Shown piece after piece: positions 26,964 to 39,914 of a stretch of 63,993 bases of DNA. A model generated the notes under the pieces. The model did not search any database, was not told where the DNA came from, and saw only the letters and a program-made list of their open reading frames with translations. The position numbers were made by a program, and so were the translations under genes. The stretch covers positions 29,539,072-29,603,064 of the forward strand of contig NC_068982.1 in the NCBI RefSeq assembly GCF_001194135.2, read 5' to 3'. This DNA comes from Octopus bimaculoides (lineage: Eukaryota). Numbering within the stretch: the first letter of the stretch is position 1; the number at the start of each line of letters is the position of its first letter.

Positions 26964-27070
26964 CAGGCTTCTTTCAGTTTCCATCTACCAAATTCACTCA
27001 GAAGGCTTTGGTCAGTCCAAGCAGAACCATGTCATTAGAAAGCAAGTTTCTTATGCCTGCACTTGTGTAC
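26803..27070 (-). mobile_element. SINE-A, internally deleted
   Basis: The tail (26803-26870) and head (26960-27070) flank a CT/TA tract. Confidence 0.75.
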
Positions 27071-28274
27071 CATGCTTTTGCTAATTATTTTAGTTGCCTG
27101 CCAAGTTAGAAGCAGACATATAAACCCACTTGGACCCCCTCCCCATCCCTAATCCATTGGAATACTCAGGGTATGTCAATTAGAGGAAGTGATGGCTGAT
27201 GTAGATGTCTCTTTCTCCAGCTGTCATATTCTGGAGGTTCCACCCAGTTATTTCTTATTGAACTTCATTAGATTGAAGCAACATGAAAAGAACATCAAAG
27301 ACCCAATGCAGAAACTAGTGCAGGAACTGAACCCATGACCATAAGATCATGAGTTGAACACTTTAACCACTAGGTCACATGACCTCACTATCTATTATTA
27401 TAGTATAGCAGTTTCTGATAGCTAAGCTGTATAAGAAATCATCTTATAATGTACGAGATGACATAGTTCTTGACACATAGTCAACAGTAAGATAATATTG
27501 CCTGACAATATAATGGTTTTAAGTCAAACTTGATTAAAAGACAACTGTCAGTTTGTGAGCTAATTCACATATTACGTGTTTGTAGTGTTATAACCATCAC
27601 CCTTATGAAATCTCAAATTTTATTGCCATCATAGCGAGATTTCTGTGGAGTTTCGTGCACTAATAAATTAGAAAGAACAGTGATTAATAAATCTATTCTT
27701 CAGTAATTAATAAGCTTATTGTTTATCATCATATGAAGATCTTATCTAAATGATGATAAGTAAAAGTTCAAATAATATTAAGTCTAAAACTCAATTTTCA
27801 TAACTGGTTGTTCATAATGAAATTCGAACCACGAAGTATAAGTGGGATTAATGAAGTCGTGATAAAGTGTTTTCCTCAAAACATCAGTAAACTTATTCTG
27901 ACTGGAAATCAAGAGAAAGCTTGATTATTAAAAAAGGGCTTTAACCACCACCCTGCCAAACAAACAGTAATAATAGATCACAAAGAAGTGAAAGCCTTTG
28001 GAAATGTTCAATGCAAAATGAATCTAATGAAATTCTTGAACACTTGAGAACAACTCAAATATGCTTGAATCTTTCAGTCTTTCACATAAGTATACATAAA
28101 CACATGCATCTCTTTCTATATATATGTGTGTGTGTGTGTGTGTGAGTGTGTGTGTGTGTGTGTGCGTGTGCGTGCGTGCGTGTGTGTGTGTATATATATA
28201 TATGATTATGCACATATATATATGGATATCTATCTGTCTGTCTGTCAATATGTAGACGGAAACCAAAAGCCTGT

Positions 28275-28320
<46 letters not shown>

Positions 28321-28811
28321 NNNNNNNNNNNNNNNNNNNNNNNNNNNNNNNNNNNNNNNNNNNNNNNNNNNNNNNNNNNNNNNNNNNNNNNNNNNNNNNN
28401 NNNNNNNNNNNNNNNNNNNNNNNNNNNNNNNNNNNNNNNNNNNNNNNNNNNNNNNNNNNNNNNNNNNNNNNNNNNNNNNNNNNNNNNNNNNNNNNNNNNN
28501 NNNNNNNNNNNNNNNNNNNNNNNNNNNNNNNNNNNNNNNNNNNNNNNNNNNNNNNNNNNNNNNNNNNNNNNNNNNNNNNNNNNNNNNNNNNNNNNNNNNN
28601 NNNNNNNNNNNNNNNNNNNNNNNNNNNNNNNNNNNNNNNNNNNNNNNNNNNNNNNNNNNNNNNNNNNNNNNNNNNNNNNNNNNNNNNNNNNNNNNNNNNN
28701 NNNNNNNNNNNNNNNNNNNNNNNNNNNNNNNNNNNNNNNNNNNNNNNNNNNNNNNNNNNNNNNNNNNNNNNNNNNNNNNNNNNNNNNNNNNNNNNNNNNN
28801 NNNNNNNNNNN
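28321..28811. other. Assembly gap (largest N run)
   Basis: N run. Other gaps: 2286-2378, 3185-3194, 12843-13063, 14031-14356, 18645-18675, 20319-20404, 21832-22068, 29840-30142, 32676-32894, 35573-35966, 36577-36951, 46612-46621, 48262-48271, 55665-56070. Confidence 0.99.
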
Positions 28812-29797
28812 CTTAATTCTTTCTAGCTCTTCCTTGTACTCTTTCGTTTTGTTTCGAAATGTTTGTTTTATCTGTTTATTTATATTTATCAATGTTTTCT
28901 AAGCTAACACACAAAATGTTATAATTTCCTAGTTTTATTTCTTTCTTTGATTTTCTTTTTTTCCTCATGTTTCTCTTCTCTTTGTTTCTGCTATAACAAG
29001 GTAACCAGCCACTGGGTGAATGAAAACTGTAACTTTAGAGTCGATGAGGAACATTAAATTAATATCTCTACACATCTACACACACACACACACACGCACG
29101 CACATTCAAATATACGTATATGGATACATGAGACAGATATGTAAATAATGTGTGTTAGTGTGCGTGTTTAAATAAATAAATAAATAAATAAATGTTATTG
29201 AACACACATAATCAGTGTATGTGCTCTGCTTGTTCGCCAGAAGGCAGTGATTTGATGCAGTAGCAATAACTGCCACAAAATGTCAGGTGTTAAAAACCCT
29301 GAAAAACATAGACAAGGAAGATAACCCATCCCAGATCCCATCCAGGAGCAATGGACTTCGATGTTTTGCCATTTTTGTGGCTTATCAACATCATGTACCA
29401 AAACTGAATTGGATGTAAACTGAATAGCCTCTTCCACGACTATATACAAGATAGTGTCAAAACCAACTGGGCTATGTCCTAATGATGCATATAGAGGGAT
29501 AAATTCAAATATGAATTAGAAGCAGTGGTAGTGTTGTAAACTTGCTAGTTCACTGGTAGGCTATCACTTGATGCAGCAGAGACAACTCTTTCAAAGTGCA
29601 TATATACACGTGAGTATATACACACATGTGTATACACACACATAAACATACATATATATGCACACACACACACACATGCATATATATATTTTGCTGAACA
29701 AAGCCTTGTGAGCAGCTTTGGTTGATGGAGACTGATATATAATATATATATATATGTATATATATATATATGTATACTTATATTTATGTATATATGT

Positions 29798-29839
<42 letters not shown>

Positions 29840-30269
29840 NNNNNNNNNNNNNNNNNNNNNNNNNNNNNNNNNNNNNNNNNNNNNNNNNNNNNNNNNNNNN
29901 NNNNNNNNNNNNNNNNNNNNNNNNNNNNNNNNNNNNNNNNNNNNNNNNNNNNNNNNNNNNNNNNNNNNNNNNNNNNNNNNNNNNNNNNNNNNNNNNNNNN
30001 NNNNNNNNNNNNNNNNNNNNNNNNNNNNNNNNNNNNNNNNNNNNNNNNNNNNNNNNNNNNNNNNNNNNNNNNNNNNNNNNNNNNNNNNNNNNNNNNNNNN
30101 NNNNNNNNNNNNNNNNNNNNNNNNNNNNNNNNNNNNNNNNNNATCTTTGCCTTGATTTCATGTGATGGTTGTAAACAGATGTCAGTGTTGTGCAAGCAGT
30201 GTCCTTCATTTTCAATCTTCCATATAAGCATATCTGATTATGAGGATTATTACCTTACTCCTGAACAAG

Positions 30270-30465
30270 CATTTGTAAAAATATGTCTGGCCGTGGGACA
30301 ATATTACCTTGCTTGAAAACGGGACGGGCATCCGACCAATAAAAACATCTACCTCAATAATCTCTGTGCAACCCATGGAAGCATGGAAAAATGGATGTTA
30401 AGATGATGATGATAATGATGATGATGATGATGATGATGATAGTTATGATGATGATAATAATGATG
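30270..30465 (+). mobile_element. RTE-like 3' end, subfamily D2, with (GAT)n tail
   Basis: ATATTACCTTGCTTG...GGGCATCC...ACCCATGGAAGCATGGAAAAATGGATGTTAA(GAT)n. Confidence 0.7.
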
Positions 30466-30589
30466 ATTTATTTTCCCATGTCATAAATAATTGATGGAGT
30501 TTTGAAAATGTTGAAATTAGTGAGTAAAATGTCAAACTGATATTTTTAATGCTAGAAGCTCTTCTCTCTGTTTACCATGTAGCTTATCA

Positions 30590-30835
30590 TCATCAACATC
30601 ATTGTTTAATGTTTGTTTTCCAGGCTGGCATGGGCTGGATGGTTTGGTTTGACAGAAACTGGTTAGCCGGAGAAATGCATTAGGGTCCAATTGTCTGTTT
30701 TGGCATGATTTTTATGACTTGATGCCCTTCCTAATGTCAACCACTCTACAAAGTGTGATTTTTACGTGCCACTGGCACAAAACCATTTCTGTGACACTGG
30801 CATGAGTGCATTTTATGTGGTACCAGCATCTGCAA
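30590..30835 (-). mobile_element. RTE family D 3' end, diverged
   Basis: GCTGGCATGGG...GATGCCCTTCCTAATGTCAACCACTC...TTTTACGTGCCACTGGCAC. Confidence 0.7.
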
Positions 30836-30936
30836 GACAAAAATCTCTCTGCTAGGAGAAGAAGTTGAGGCATGACCATAAAGTATATGCCTGTACATAA
30901 GGATGGCCACAGTTTTAGTTATGAGACAGAAATGCA

Positions 30937-31168
30937 TATTTCTTTATTGCCCACAAGGGGCTAAACATAGAGGGGACAAACAAGGACAGACAAATGGATT
31001 AAGTCGATTACATCGACCCCAGTGCGTAACTGATACTTAATTTATCGACCTCAAAAGGATGAAAGGCAAAGTCGACCTCGGTGGAATTTGAACTCAGAAT
31101 GTAACGGCAGATAAAATACCGCTAAGCATTTTGCCTGGCATGCTAATGATTCTGGCAGCTTGCCGCCC
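30937..31168 (-). mobile_element. SINE-B, full length (beta tail)
   Basis: Its tail TATTTCTTTATTGCCCACAAGGGGCTAAACATAGAGGGGACAAAC is nearly identical to 4790-4830. The head ends in CTGGCAGCTTGCCGCCC. Confidence 0.9.
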
Positions 31169-31879
31169 TACAGAAATATAATTGAAACCGATGTCAGATG
31201 ATAGGGCAATTCTTTGGAAGGCATGCTTTGCTACCTTAGTTGAACTCAAATGAAACTTCAGGTAAAGTTGCTGAAGAAATATAAAACTCCAGAATAAATG
31301 TTACTCAGAGAAGAAGCGGAATGATAAAATGGCAAAAAGAGACTAACGAAGATCAACAGCAGTGTCTTCAGCTGAAACAATATCAGTAAAGTCAGAAGTA
31401 ACTGTAGAATTGACATTCAGTAACAACAGCAACAACGACAATGACGACAACGACAACAACGATGGCGACAATGAAGACAAGGAATCATAACAACAATAAC
31501 ATTAGCAACATTACGATGAGCATAAGTAAATGTTGAAGCAAGAGCCATTCAAAATCACGTTGAGATGACTATCAAAAAAAGAAAAACACAGAAAGTTCCA
31601 AAAACAAACAAAAAAAAATAGAATATGTGCAACAGTATGGAGAATGTGTTCACAGTTGTGTAGATAAGGAAACATCTGTATCTATAGTTGATCAATCACC
31701 TTGAAATCACACTTTACTATCTAAAAATAAGGTAAGATACTTTGGATAATGCTGAGTCAGATACTCTATACTGGGGGGGGGGGGAATAAAAGAGGAAAAT
31801 AAGATGGTCGCAAGGAAAAGATCTTTATAGATTTGATAGGGTCCGTCTGATCTGGAACTAAACAACATGAACTACATGC

Positions 31880-32045
31880 TACATGCATGGGTTTGTGGTT
31901 AAGAAGTTTGCTCCACAAGCATATCGTTCGAGGTTCAGTCCCATTGTATGGCATATTAGGTAAGTGTTTTCCTATGATAGTCCTGGAACAACCGATGCCT
32001 TCTGAGTGAGCCCCATAAACAGAAGTTGCAGGAAGACCATTGTAC
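31880..32045 (+). mobile_element. SINE-A 5' half, diverged
   Basis: GTGGTTAAGAAG...GGTTCAGTCCC...TGGCA. Confidence 0.65.
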
Positions 32046-32484
32046 ATATAATGTGTGTGTGTGTGCGTGAGTGTGTGTGTGTTTGTGTGTTTGTGTGTGT
32101 GTGTGTATGTGTGTGTTTGTGTGTATGTGCGTGTGTGTGTGTGTGTGTGTGTGTGCGTGTGCGTGTATGCATGTGTGTATATATACATATATTGATGCTG
32201 GATTTTATGCTAAAATAAAAACAATTTTACATGAAGCTAAAAGATTACTCTATACTTTTGGCAGAGTACAAATTTATTATTCTCTAACAAGAATTGATAG
32301 TGACTTCGAAGTTCCAGCCAGCTAAGCCATCGTTGGATCTGTGCGTACATATGTATGTATATGAGTTTGGAGGGATATATTATTTGGGTGGATAGATCTC
32401 GTTTGGGTTCCCTTACTTGTCTCTGAACATTAACTAACACCAACTTACTTCAATGAGTTCACTTTGAAGAAGACTTAATGGACA

Positions 32485-32568
32485 GACCCTGATGAAACTG
32501 CACTGACGATTTCGCAAGGTTGCATCTACAACAATGAGTAGCTACTGCAGTGGAAGCACATGTAGGTC
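32485..32568 (+). ncRNA. Hammerhead-like motif with long stem II loop
   Basis: Stem I GACC/GGTC; core CTGATGA (32489-95); stem II ACTGCA (32497-502) with TGCAGT (32546-51); then G-GAAG-CACATG-TA. A15.1 is changed to G. Confidence 0.5.
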
Positions 32569-32954
32569 ATTGTAATATACTGTATATAAATATGAAATAA
32601 ATTTTATGGATGTACGAGTCTCCATACTCCTTGTTATTGTTAATACTTATATATATGTGTGTGTGTGTGTATATANNNNNNNNNNNNNNNNNNNNNNNNN
32701 NNNNNNNNNNNNNNNNNNNNNNNNNNNNNNNNNNNNNNNNNNNNNNNNNNNNNNNNNNNNNNNNNNNNNNNNNNNNNNNNNNNNNNNNNNNNNNNNNNNN
32801 NNNNNNNNNNNNNNNNNNNNNNNNNNNNNNNNNNNNNNNNNNNNNNNNNNNNNNNNNNNNNNNNNNNNNNNNNNNNNNNNNNNNNNNNNNNNNNAAATGA
32901 GTCATGCAACATAAAAAATATTTCCCTTCTTCAGTTGTCCCTGTTCCATCAATT

Positions 32955-32996
<42 letters not shown>

Positions 32997-33280
32997 CCTT
33001 TGAATGAAGAGCACATGGAATCTACATCTGAACACTTTCCATTTGTAACGACAAAATATGAACTCTTATTGGAACTTTCATGCTACAGACAAGAAGCATT
33101 TTTACCATTTCTACACACCACATTTCTTGGATAATGGAACTGCAACTATAACATCTTTATATATTTTTATTTTTACATTCATTCTCCTATTTCGCTATAT
33201 ACTCCCTATTTCCTTCCTTTTCCAAAATAACTCCTTATATTGAACTCTAGTACTTCCCTCTATTCAACCATCTCACATCA

Positions 33281-33326
33281 TCTCTGATGAAGGGATATCC
33301 CTAATATCCCAGAAACAACTGTAAGA
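33281..33326 (+). ncRNA. Minimal type I hammerhead ribozyme motif (Penelope-like)
   Basis: Stem I TCT/AGA; core CTGATGA (33284-90); 7-bp stem II GGGATAT/ATATCCC; GAAA; near-palindromic ACAACTGT; GUA site, with predicted cleavage after 33323. Confidence 0.75.
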
Positions 33327-33398
33327 CTAACTTTCTCTTTATAAATGTCCTGAAAATTCCACACAGCCTTGGCTTTGTTGTCTCATTTTATTTAACAT

Positions 33399-33440
<42 letters not shown>

Positions 33441-33752
33441 TCACATTTGTATGTCTGTACATGTGTGTATATGCATGTGTTTATGTGAGTAAGTGTGCAT
33501 GGATGTTCATATTGAATGTTTATTGGTACTTGAGAAAGATGGTAATGATTTTGAGATTTTTAGTTGATATTATGACTGGTTGCTCAGCATTTTTAATGGA
33601 CAGGGCAATAAAAAAAAATTTTTCACTTTGGAAAGAAATAACGGTTGGCAACAAGAAGCGCATCCAGCTGTAAACTCATATTTCAAACAACTTCCTGTCT
33701 TATTCATTCAATAACAAATGAACCCTATACTTTTTAAGATGAAGACAGAATG

Positions 33753-33985
33753 TACAGATGTAGCCAAAAGTTTGGAACATTTGTTATGCTGAAGTTCAAT
33801 CGAATTCAAATATATACAGTATAGAGATGTACTTACCTAGTATCTGATCCAATGGTTCAATTAGAAAATATTGAATCAGTTATTAGGTAAGTATATCTCT
33901 GTTGCATATATTTGAATCGGATAGTACTCAGGCATAACAATTCTAATTTTTTAAAAAATGTTCCCAGCTTTTGGCCACAACTGTA
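33753..33985. mobile_element. Tc1-type fold-back MITE
   Basis: TA ends; TIRs TACAGATGTAGCCAAAAGTTTGGAACA / TGTTCCCAGCTTTTGGCCACAACTGTA; the interior arms are also complementary (GAGATGTACTTACCTA / TAGGTAAGTATATCTC). Confidence 0.8.
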
Positions 33986-34619
33986 TTAAATCCAAAAATG
34001 TTGAAGCTACATACTTATAAGACAGATAGGATTTGCAGCAACTAGAAACACTGAGTGCTTTGTTAATTTTGATGGTTTTGTTTCTGCCATGAGTCTGCTC
34101 AAGCAGAACTAACATGGCTTACTAAATAACAACAACAACAACTGCAGCTAAAACAACTATAAAAACAACTAGTAGTAATAACTGAGGTAGTAGTTTTGTA
34201 TCAAAGCAATAACTGCTAAAACAGCAACGACATCAGCAAGTACAACAGGAACGACAATGTTATTAGAAGCAAAATCAACAGCAACATAACAAGATTCAAT
34301 AATACTCTAGAAACGGAAAAAAAAACAAGAAATGAAAATAAACAAAAGCCACAACCATGATTAGTCTGTTTCCTACTTTAAATGTTGACTAATTCCCTAT
34401 ATCTCACGAGAAACAAATCTTTATGTTTTATTATCCAAAAATCCAGCAAAATATCTTGGCTTTCCTTATGAATAGCAATTTTTTCCCTTTTTTTTTTCTT
34501 TAATTTTTATGAAATTTTATATTATTTCATCTTTTATTTGCTTGTTTATTTATTCCATTTTTTTTTCAGGATTTACACTTATCACTTTTACATATTCTAT
34601 TACTCTTCTTTACCATTCT

Positions 34620-34805
34620 CATCCCTATCATCGTCATCATCATCCTCATCATCATAACCACCACCACCACCAACATCATCACCATCAGCATTATCATGAT
34701 TATGATCATGATCATCATCATCGTCATGATCATCATCATCATCATCATCATGGTCATCATCGTTAACACCACCACCACCACCATCATCTTTATTATCATC
34801 ATCAT
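34620..34805. repeat. (ATC)n/(ACC)n imperfect trinucleotide repeat
   Basis: Direct reading; it is the source of the His-rich and Met-rich pseudo-ORFs. Confidence 0.9.
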
Positions 34806-35463
34806 CTTTGTTGCTCTAGAATTTTCTTTCTTTTTAAAAGAGAAACGGTGAAATGAAGAAGATTTTGCACAGGGAGGTGTTGGAGCAGCATAGAATATTT
34901 CTTTTAATTTTCGCATGCTGATGAGTTGTTCATTCATCTAATGCTCTTCATCATAATATGTGTTTATAAATATTTTAGGAAAGAAAACTTATGTCAAGAG
35001 AAAGAAAATTCAGAACAGAAAGTAAAAAAAATAAATAAATAAATAAATAAATAAGAAGCTGCATAATATAAAGGGATCGAAAAAATTCTTATAAACTACA
35101 AATGGTTTGATGATGATGCTGATGAAGATGATGGTGATGATGATGATAATGATGGTGATAACGATGATGATGACGGTAAAGATGACAATAATAATATTAA
35201 TAAAACCATAATATTTCTAACATCTTTATAATAATTGTTTCTAAACTACTAGTAGTAGTAGTAGTAGTAGTAGTAGTAGAGAATAACAACTATGATAACA
35301 ACATACATAATGAAATAATAACAATAACAATAATAAGCAAACGAGGAAGAATATAAAGAAAAACAGAAAATATTTTAAAATAATACCAACACCACGCTGG
35401 TGTTTTAATGATAATGCTAACAGTAATAATAAAAAAAAAATATTTTTTTTAAATGATGATGAA

Positions 35464-35499
<36 letters not shown>

Positions 35500-36951
35500 G
35501 ATCATGATCATGATAAACAAAATCAATAATTGAAATTAAGAACTCAATAAATATATCTTGCAAAATAAATCTNNNNNNNNNNNNNNNNNNNNNNNNNNNN
35601 NNNNNNNNNNNNNNNNNNNNNNNNNNNNNNNNNNNNNNNNNNNNNNNNNNNNNNNNNNNNNNNNNNNNNNNNNNNNNNNNNNNNNNNNNNNNNNNNNNNN
35701 NNNNNNNNNNNNNNNNNNNNNNNNNNNNNNNNNNNNNNNNNNNNNNNNNNNNNNNNNNNNNNNNNNNNNNNNNNNNNNNNNNNNNNNNNNNNNNNNNNNN
35801 NNNNNNNNNNNNNNNNNNNNNNNNNNNNNNNNNNNNNNNNNNNNNNNNNNNNNNNNNNNNNNNNNNNNNNNNNNNNNNNNNNNNNNNNNNNNNNNNNNNN
35901 NNNNNNNNNNNNNNNNNNNNNNNNNNNNNNNNNNNNNNNNNNNNNNNNNNNNNNNNNNNNNNNNNNTATATATATATATATATTTTTTCAGTAGCAGTTT
36001 GAGGCAAAAATGCAATTTATTTATGAGTAGGTGTACATGAAAGTGAAGAAAACGAGAAATGAAACAAGAAGTTGTGACAATGTTTTTGCACATATTTGCA
36101 AGTATGTAATTGTGTTTTTCTTTCTTTTTCAATAGATTAATTATTTTTATTTATTTTATTTTTTTAATCAACAAGTGCCTCCTTCGGGATTGGAAATATG
36201 ATAAAATTAGAACTTTGTCGATCTTTGCAAGCATAAACAAAGAATCATATGAGTGAAAGTAATAACATCATGCAGTAGATTAGAAATAGGAAATTTCAGA
36301 AATAAGACAGAAAAAAATAAAGAAATAGAAATACATGCACACATTCTGAGAGTGTGTCTGTCTGTCTGTCTGCCTGTATGTCTCTTTCTCTCTCTCTCTC
36401 TCTCTCACACATGCATACACACACAGCTAGACAGATAGATACATAAATAAGAACACAAAACCAATAAGAGAGCCTTATGTTCAAGTAGTCACTAGAACAA
36501 TCAAAAATAGCAGTCAAATTTCTCAAACCTGACCACTACACACACACAGGCTCATATATATATATATATATATATANNNNNNNNNNNNNNNNNNNNNNNN
36601 NNNNNNNNNNNNNNNNNNNNNNNNNNNNNNNNNNNNNNNNNNNNNNNNNNNNNNNNNNNNNNNNNNNNNNNNNNNNNNNNNNNNNNNNNNNNNNNNNNNN
36701 NNNNNNNNNNNNNNNNNNNNNNNNNNNNNNNNNNNNNNNNNNNNNNNNNNNNNNNNNNNNNNNNNNNNNNNNNNNNNNNNNNNNNNNNNNNNNNNNNNNN
36801 NNNNNNNNNNNNNNNNNNNNNNNNNNNNNNNNNNNNNNNNNNNNNNNNNNNNNNNNNNNNNNNNNNNNNNNNNNNNNNNNNNNNNNNNNNNNNNNNNNNN
36901 NNNNNNNNNNNNNNNNNNNNNNNNNNNNNNNNNNNNNNNNNNNNNNNNNNN

Positions 36952-36990
<39 letters not shown>

Positions 36991-37137
36991 TGTGTATGTA
37001 TGTATCAAACCAATGGTGTTCTGGGGGCTAATTCTTCTTTCACTTTCTGGAGTTAGACTTGGAGAAGGATAAGCCATGCCAGAATTTACAAAAATGCCCA
37101 AGATATGCTTATATATCAAGGAGGTATTCCTTACAGT

Positions 37138-37460
37138 GAAGGTGTGAGGCTTGATGGCTAAGGTATTTGGCTCATGATCATAAGGTTGTGAGTTCAATTC
37201 CCAGTGATGCACTGTATGCCTGAGCAAGACACTTTATTTCATGTTGCTCCACTCCACTCAGCTGGCAGAAATGAGTAGTACCTGTGTTTAAAAGGGTCAG
37301 TCTTTGTCACTCTCTGTGTCACGCTGAATCTCCTTGAAAACTATGTTAAGGGTATACGTGTCTGTGAAGTGCTCAGCCACATGCATGTTAATTTCTCAAG
37401 CTGACTGTTCCATTGACCAGATCAACTGGAACCCTTGTCGTCATAGGTGATGGAGTGCCA
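37138..37460 (+). mobile_element. SINE-C, full length
   Basis: tRNA-like head (GAGTTCAATTCCC), then CCTGAGCAAGACACTTTATTTCA...CCACTCAGCTGGCAG and a tail ending GGAGTGCCA. The 3' part is the reverse complement of 55332-55520. Confidence 0.9.
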
Positions 37461-37819
37461 GTTTTTTATTCTTTACAAGTGGACTGGGAGGGCTTAAAGC
37501 AAGACACAGTTGGAAATATGATAGTAAATTCTGTGATTCAGAGTATCAACTAGTATTTGTACTGATTTTCTACTCCCTGAGTTCAAATCCCACTAAGGTA
37601 CACACAATAAAAAATAGTTTTAGAAATCAAGAAAATCTCAAACACAGAAGAATAACTAATGAACACGGCTTTAGAAAATTGGGTAAAAATACTCCTATAA
37701 AAGGGAAAAAAGGGGCCAGTGGCTGCTACAGGGAATCAAATTCTGTACCATTCAAATTCCAACTGAGCACTCTGTACCATTGAGCTAAAGAACCCTATCA
37801 AATACAATTTGACTAATTT

Positions 37820-38420
37820 GTCACCCTTGAAATGTGGGTTGTCCTGGGTTGAGATGTGTTGCTGTACAAATCAGTTTTGAAAGAAAAACAATGAAACCAA
37901 ATTATTTTTACCCGGTCATCAAATGTGTAACTGAATTCTTCAGAAACTTCAATATCTGTTGACTTCTTTTCGCTAGACAGATTAAGTTTACAAATACCAT
38001 ATCTAAATCACCGAACTGTAAACACACAAGTGTCTGTGATACCTGTATCCTTGTGTGATTGCTTGGCATTTGCAATGATTACTATCTCTAAAACTGGCTT
38101 ACTCACAGATTGCTTTGCACAAAAACCACTTAAATAACACAATATCTACTTCTGAAAGACTTCCTTCATTTTTGTTTTTTCCCACACATCACCCATTTCT
38201 TGTCTCTGGATCAGCTGCAAATTGGATTAACTTCTCTTTTTGTTTCATAATGTCATAAATTCTTTGAGAACATTCGTTATATCCTCACACAACAATTGCA
38301 TTTCAGTTTTTACTGTTGATTACAAATGCTGTAATATTTCAATTTCAAGGTGTGATATGAGAGTTAGATGCTTTCTTTGTACAACTTTCCCATATTGGTT
38401 AATTTTATGAACACTGGAAT
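37820..38420 (-). mobile_element. Decayed pogo/Tigger (Jerky-like, CENP-B HTH) transposase N-terminal region
   Basis: Minus-strand translation with stops and frameshifts gives RKHLTL...EILQHL, YDIMKQKEKLIQF, SEVDIVLFKWF and PVLEIVIIANAKQSH...RYGICKLNLSSEKKSTDIE, collinear with TIGD/Jerky HTH domains. Confidence 0.75.
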
Positions 38421-38614
38421 TCAGATTTACAAATGGATGAACAATATAAATAGATAAAGGCAGATACAGAACACCTAAGTACTAGCCACTTATTTTCTAC
38501 TCAAAAGTAAAGGTATTGAGGAAAAAAAAAAGTGAAGCACAAGAAAGTGTTAAGCAATCAAATCTGCTTGGACTATTGGATACAAGATCAGTAAAATTTT
38601 AGTGTACACTCTGT

Positions 38615-38740
38615 TAAGTGGCTGGCATTAGGAAGGGCATCTAGCTGTGGAAACCTTGCCAAAGCTGATACTGGAGCCCAATGCAGTTCTCTGGCTAGTC
38701 AGATCTTATCGAGCCATCTGACTCATACCAACATAATAAA
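38615..38740 (+). mobile_element. RTE family D fragment
   Basis: AGTGGCTGGCATTAGGAAGGGCATCTAGCTGTGGAAACCTTGCCA. Confidence 0.7.
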
Positions 38741-39164
38741 GTCCTCTGCTGTAACCTTGGGGTATAGTAGAGGACATTTGCCAACTGACTATATGGTTTA
38801 AAAGCGGACTGCTTAACATCACAGCTATGACTGCACTTATAAAATATTTTGACTAGAAAAAATAAATAAAAAAAGGGAAATCAAAATGAAGAATTGGATG
38901 CTTAGAATTTAAAGAGAATAATTTTTGAACCTGAAATTTATGGAAGTGTACAGAGACAAAGAGAGAAACTCAGTTTCATAATTACATCTCATACTCTGAG
39001 TAAATACAACAAAAACAGCCAGCCAATCACTTGCAAGGGAGTATGGCTTAGTAGCATGTATCATATTTTCATTCTTTTAGGCGCTTATGTAGTTGCAAAC
39101 AGACATAGACACTTGCTTGGCCCCTTCACCTTTCTTTAAGCAAGCCATCTAGGATGTAACAATA

Positions 39165-39322
39165 GCAGGAAGAGAGAGGGGGGAGGGAGAGAAAGAGAGG
39201 AAGAGGGAGGGGAGAGAGAAAGATAGATAGATTGATTGATAGAGGGAGAAAGAGAGGGAGGGAGAAATAAAGAGAAGGAGAGAGAGAAAGAAAGAGAGGC
39301 AGAGAGAGAGAGAGAAAAAGAA

Positions 39323-39354
<32 letters not shown>

Positions 39355-39390
39355 GAGGTAGAGAGAAAGATAGATAGATTGATTGATAGA
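39165..39390. repeat. Purine-rich (GA)n/(GGGA)n/(GATA)n compound tract
   Basis: Direct reading. Confidence 0.9.
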
Positions 39391-39429
39391 AGACTATATA
39401 AATTCCATTTATTTTATTAATACTATATA

Positions 39430-39790
39430 TATCATCATCATCATCATCGTTTAACGTCCGCTTTCCATGCTAGCATGGGTTGGACGATTTGACCGAGGAT
39501 TGGTGGACCAGGAGGCGACACCAGGCTCCAATCTGATTTGGCAGAGTTTCTACAGCTGGATGCCCTTCCTAACGCCAACCACTCCGAGAGTGTAGTGGGT
39601 GCTTTTACGTGCCACCGGCATGAAGGCCAGTCAGGCGGTACTGGCAATGACCACGCTTAAAATGGTGTATTTTATGTGCCACCCGCACAAGAGCCAGTCC
39701 AGGGGCACTGGCAACGATCTCGCTCGAAAGTCCTTACACATGCCACGGGCATAAGTGGCAGAAAGGCAACGCTGGGCACAGGTGCCATGT
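39430..39790 (-). mobile_element. RTE family D 3' end, young and long
   Basis: Near-consensus and CpG-rich; the (ATC)n tail is at 39430-39448. Confidence 0.9.
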
Positions 39791-39807
39791 TTACCTTTCT
39801 GAATATA

Positions 39808-39859
<52 letters not shown>

Positions 39860-39914
39860 TGTCAAGTCTAATTGTATTTATCTGCATCACTACATCCATG
39901 CATATGCACACATA

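Noticed and set aside
27305-27320. GCAGAAACTAGT matching the 7520 motif
   Set aside because: It lies inside a decayed SINE-C head and has no upstream core, so the match is probably coincidental.
27640-27715. Minus-strand CTGAAGA...GAAAC
   Set aside because: It has no stem II and no NUH closure.
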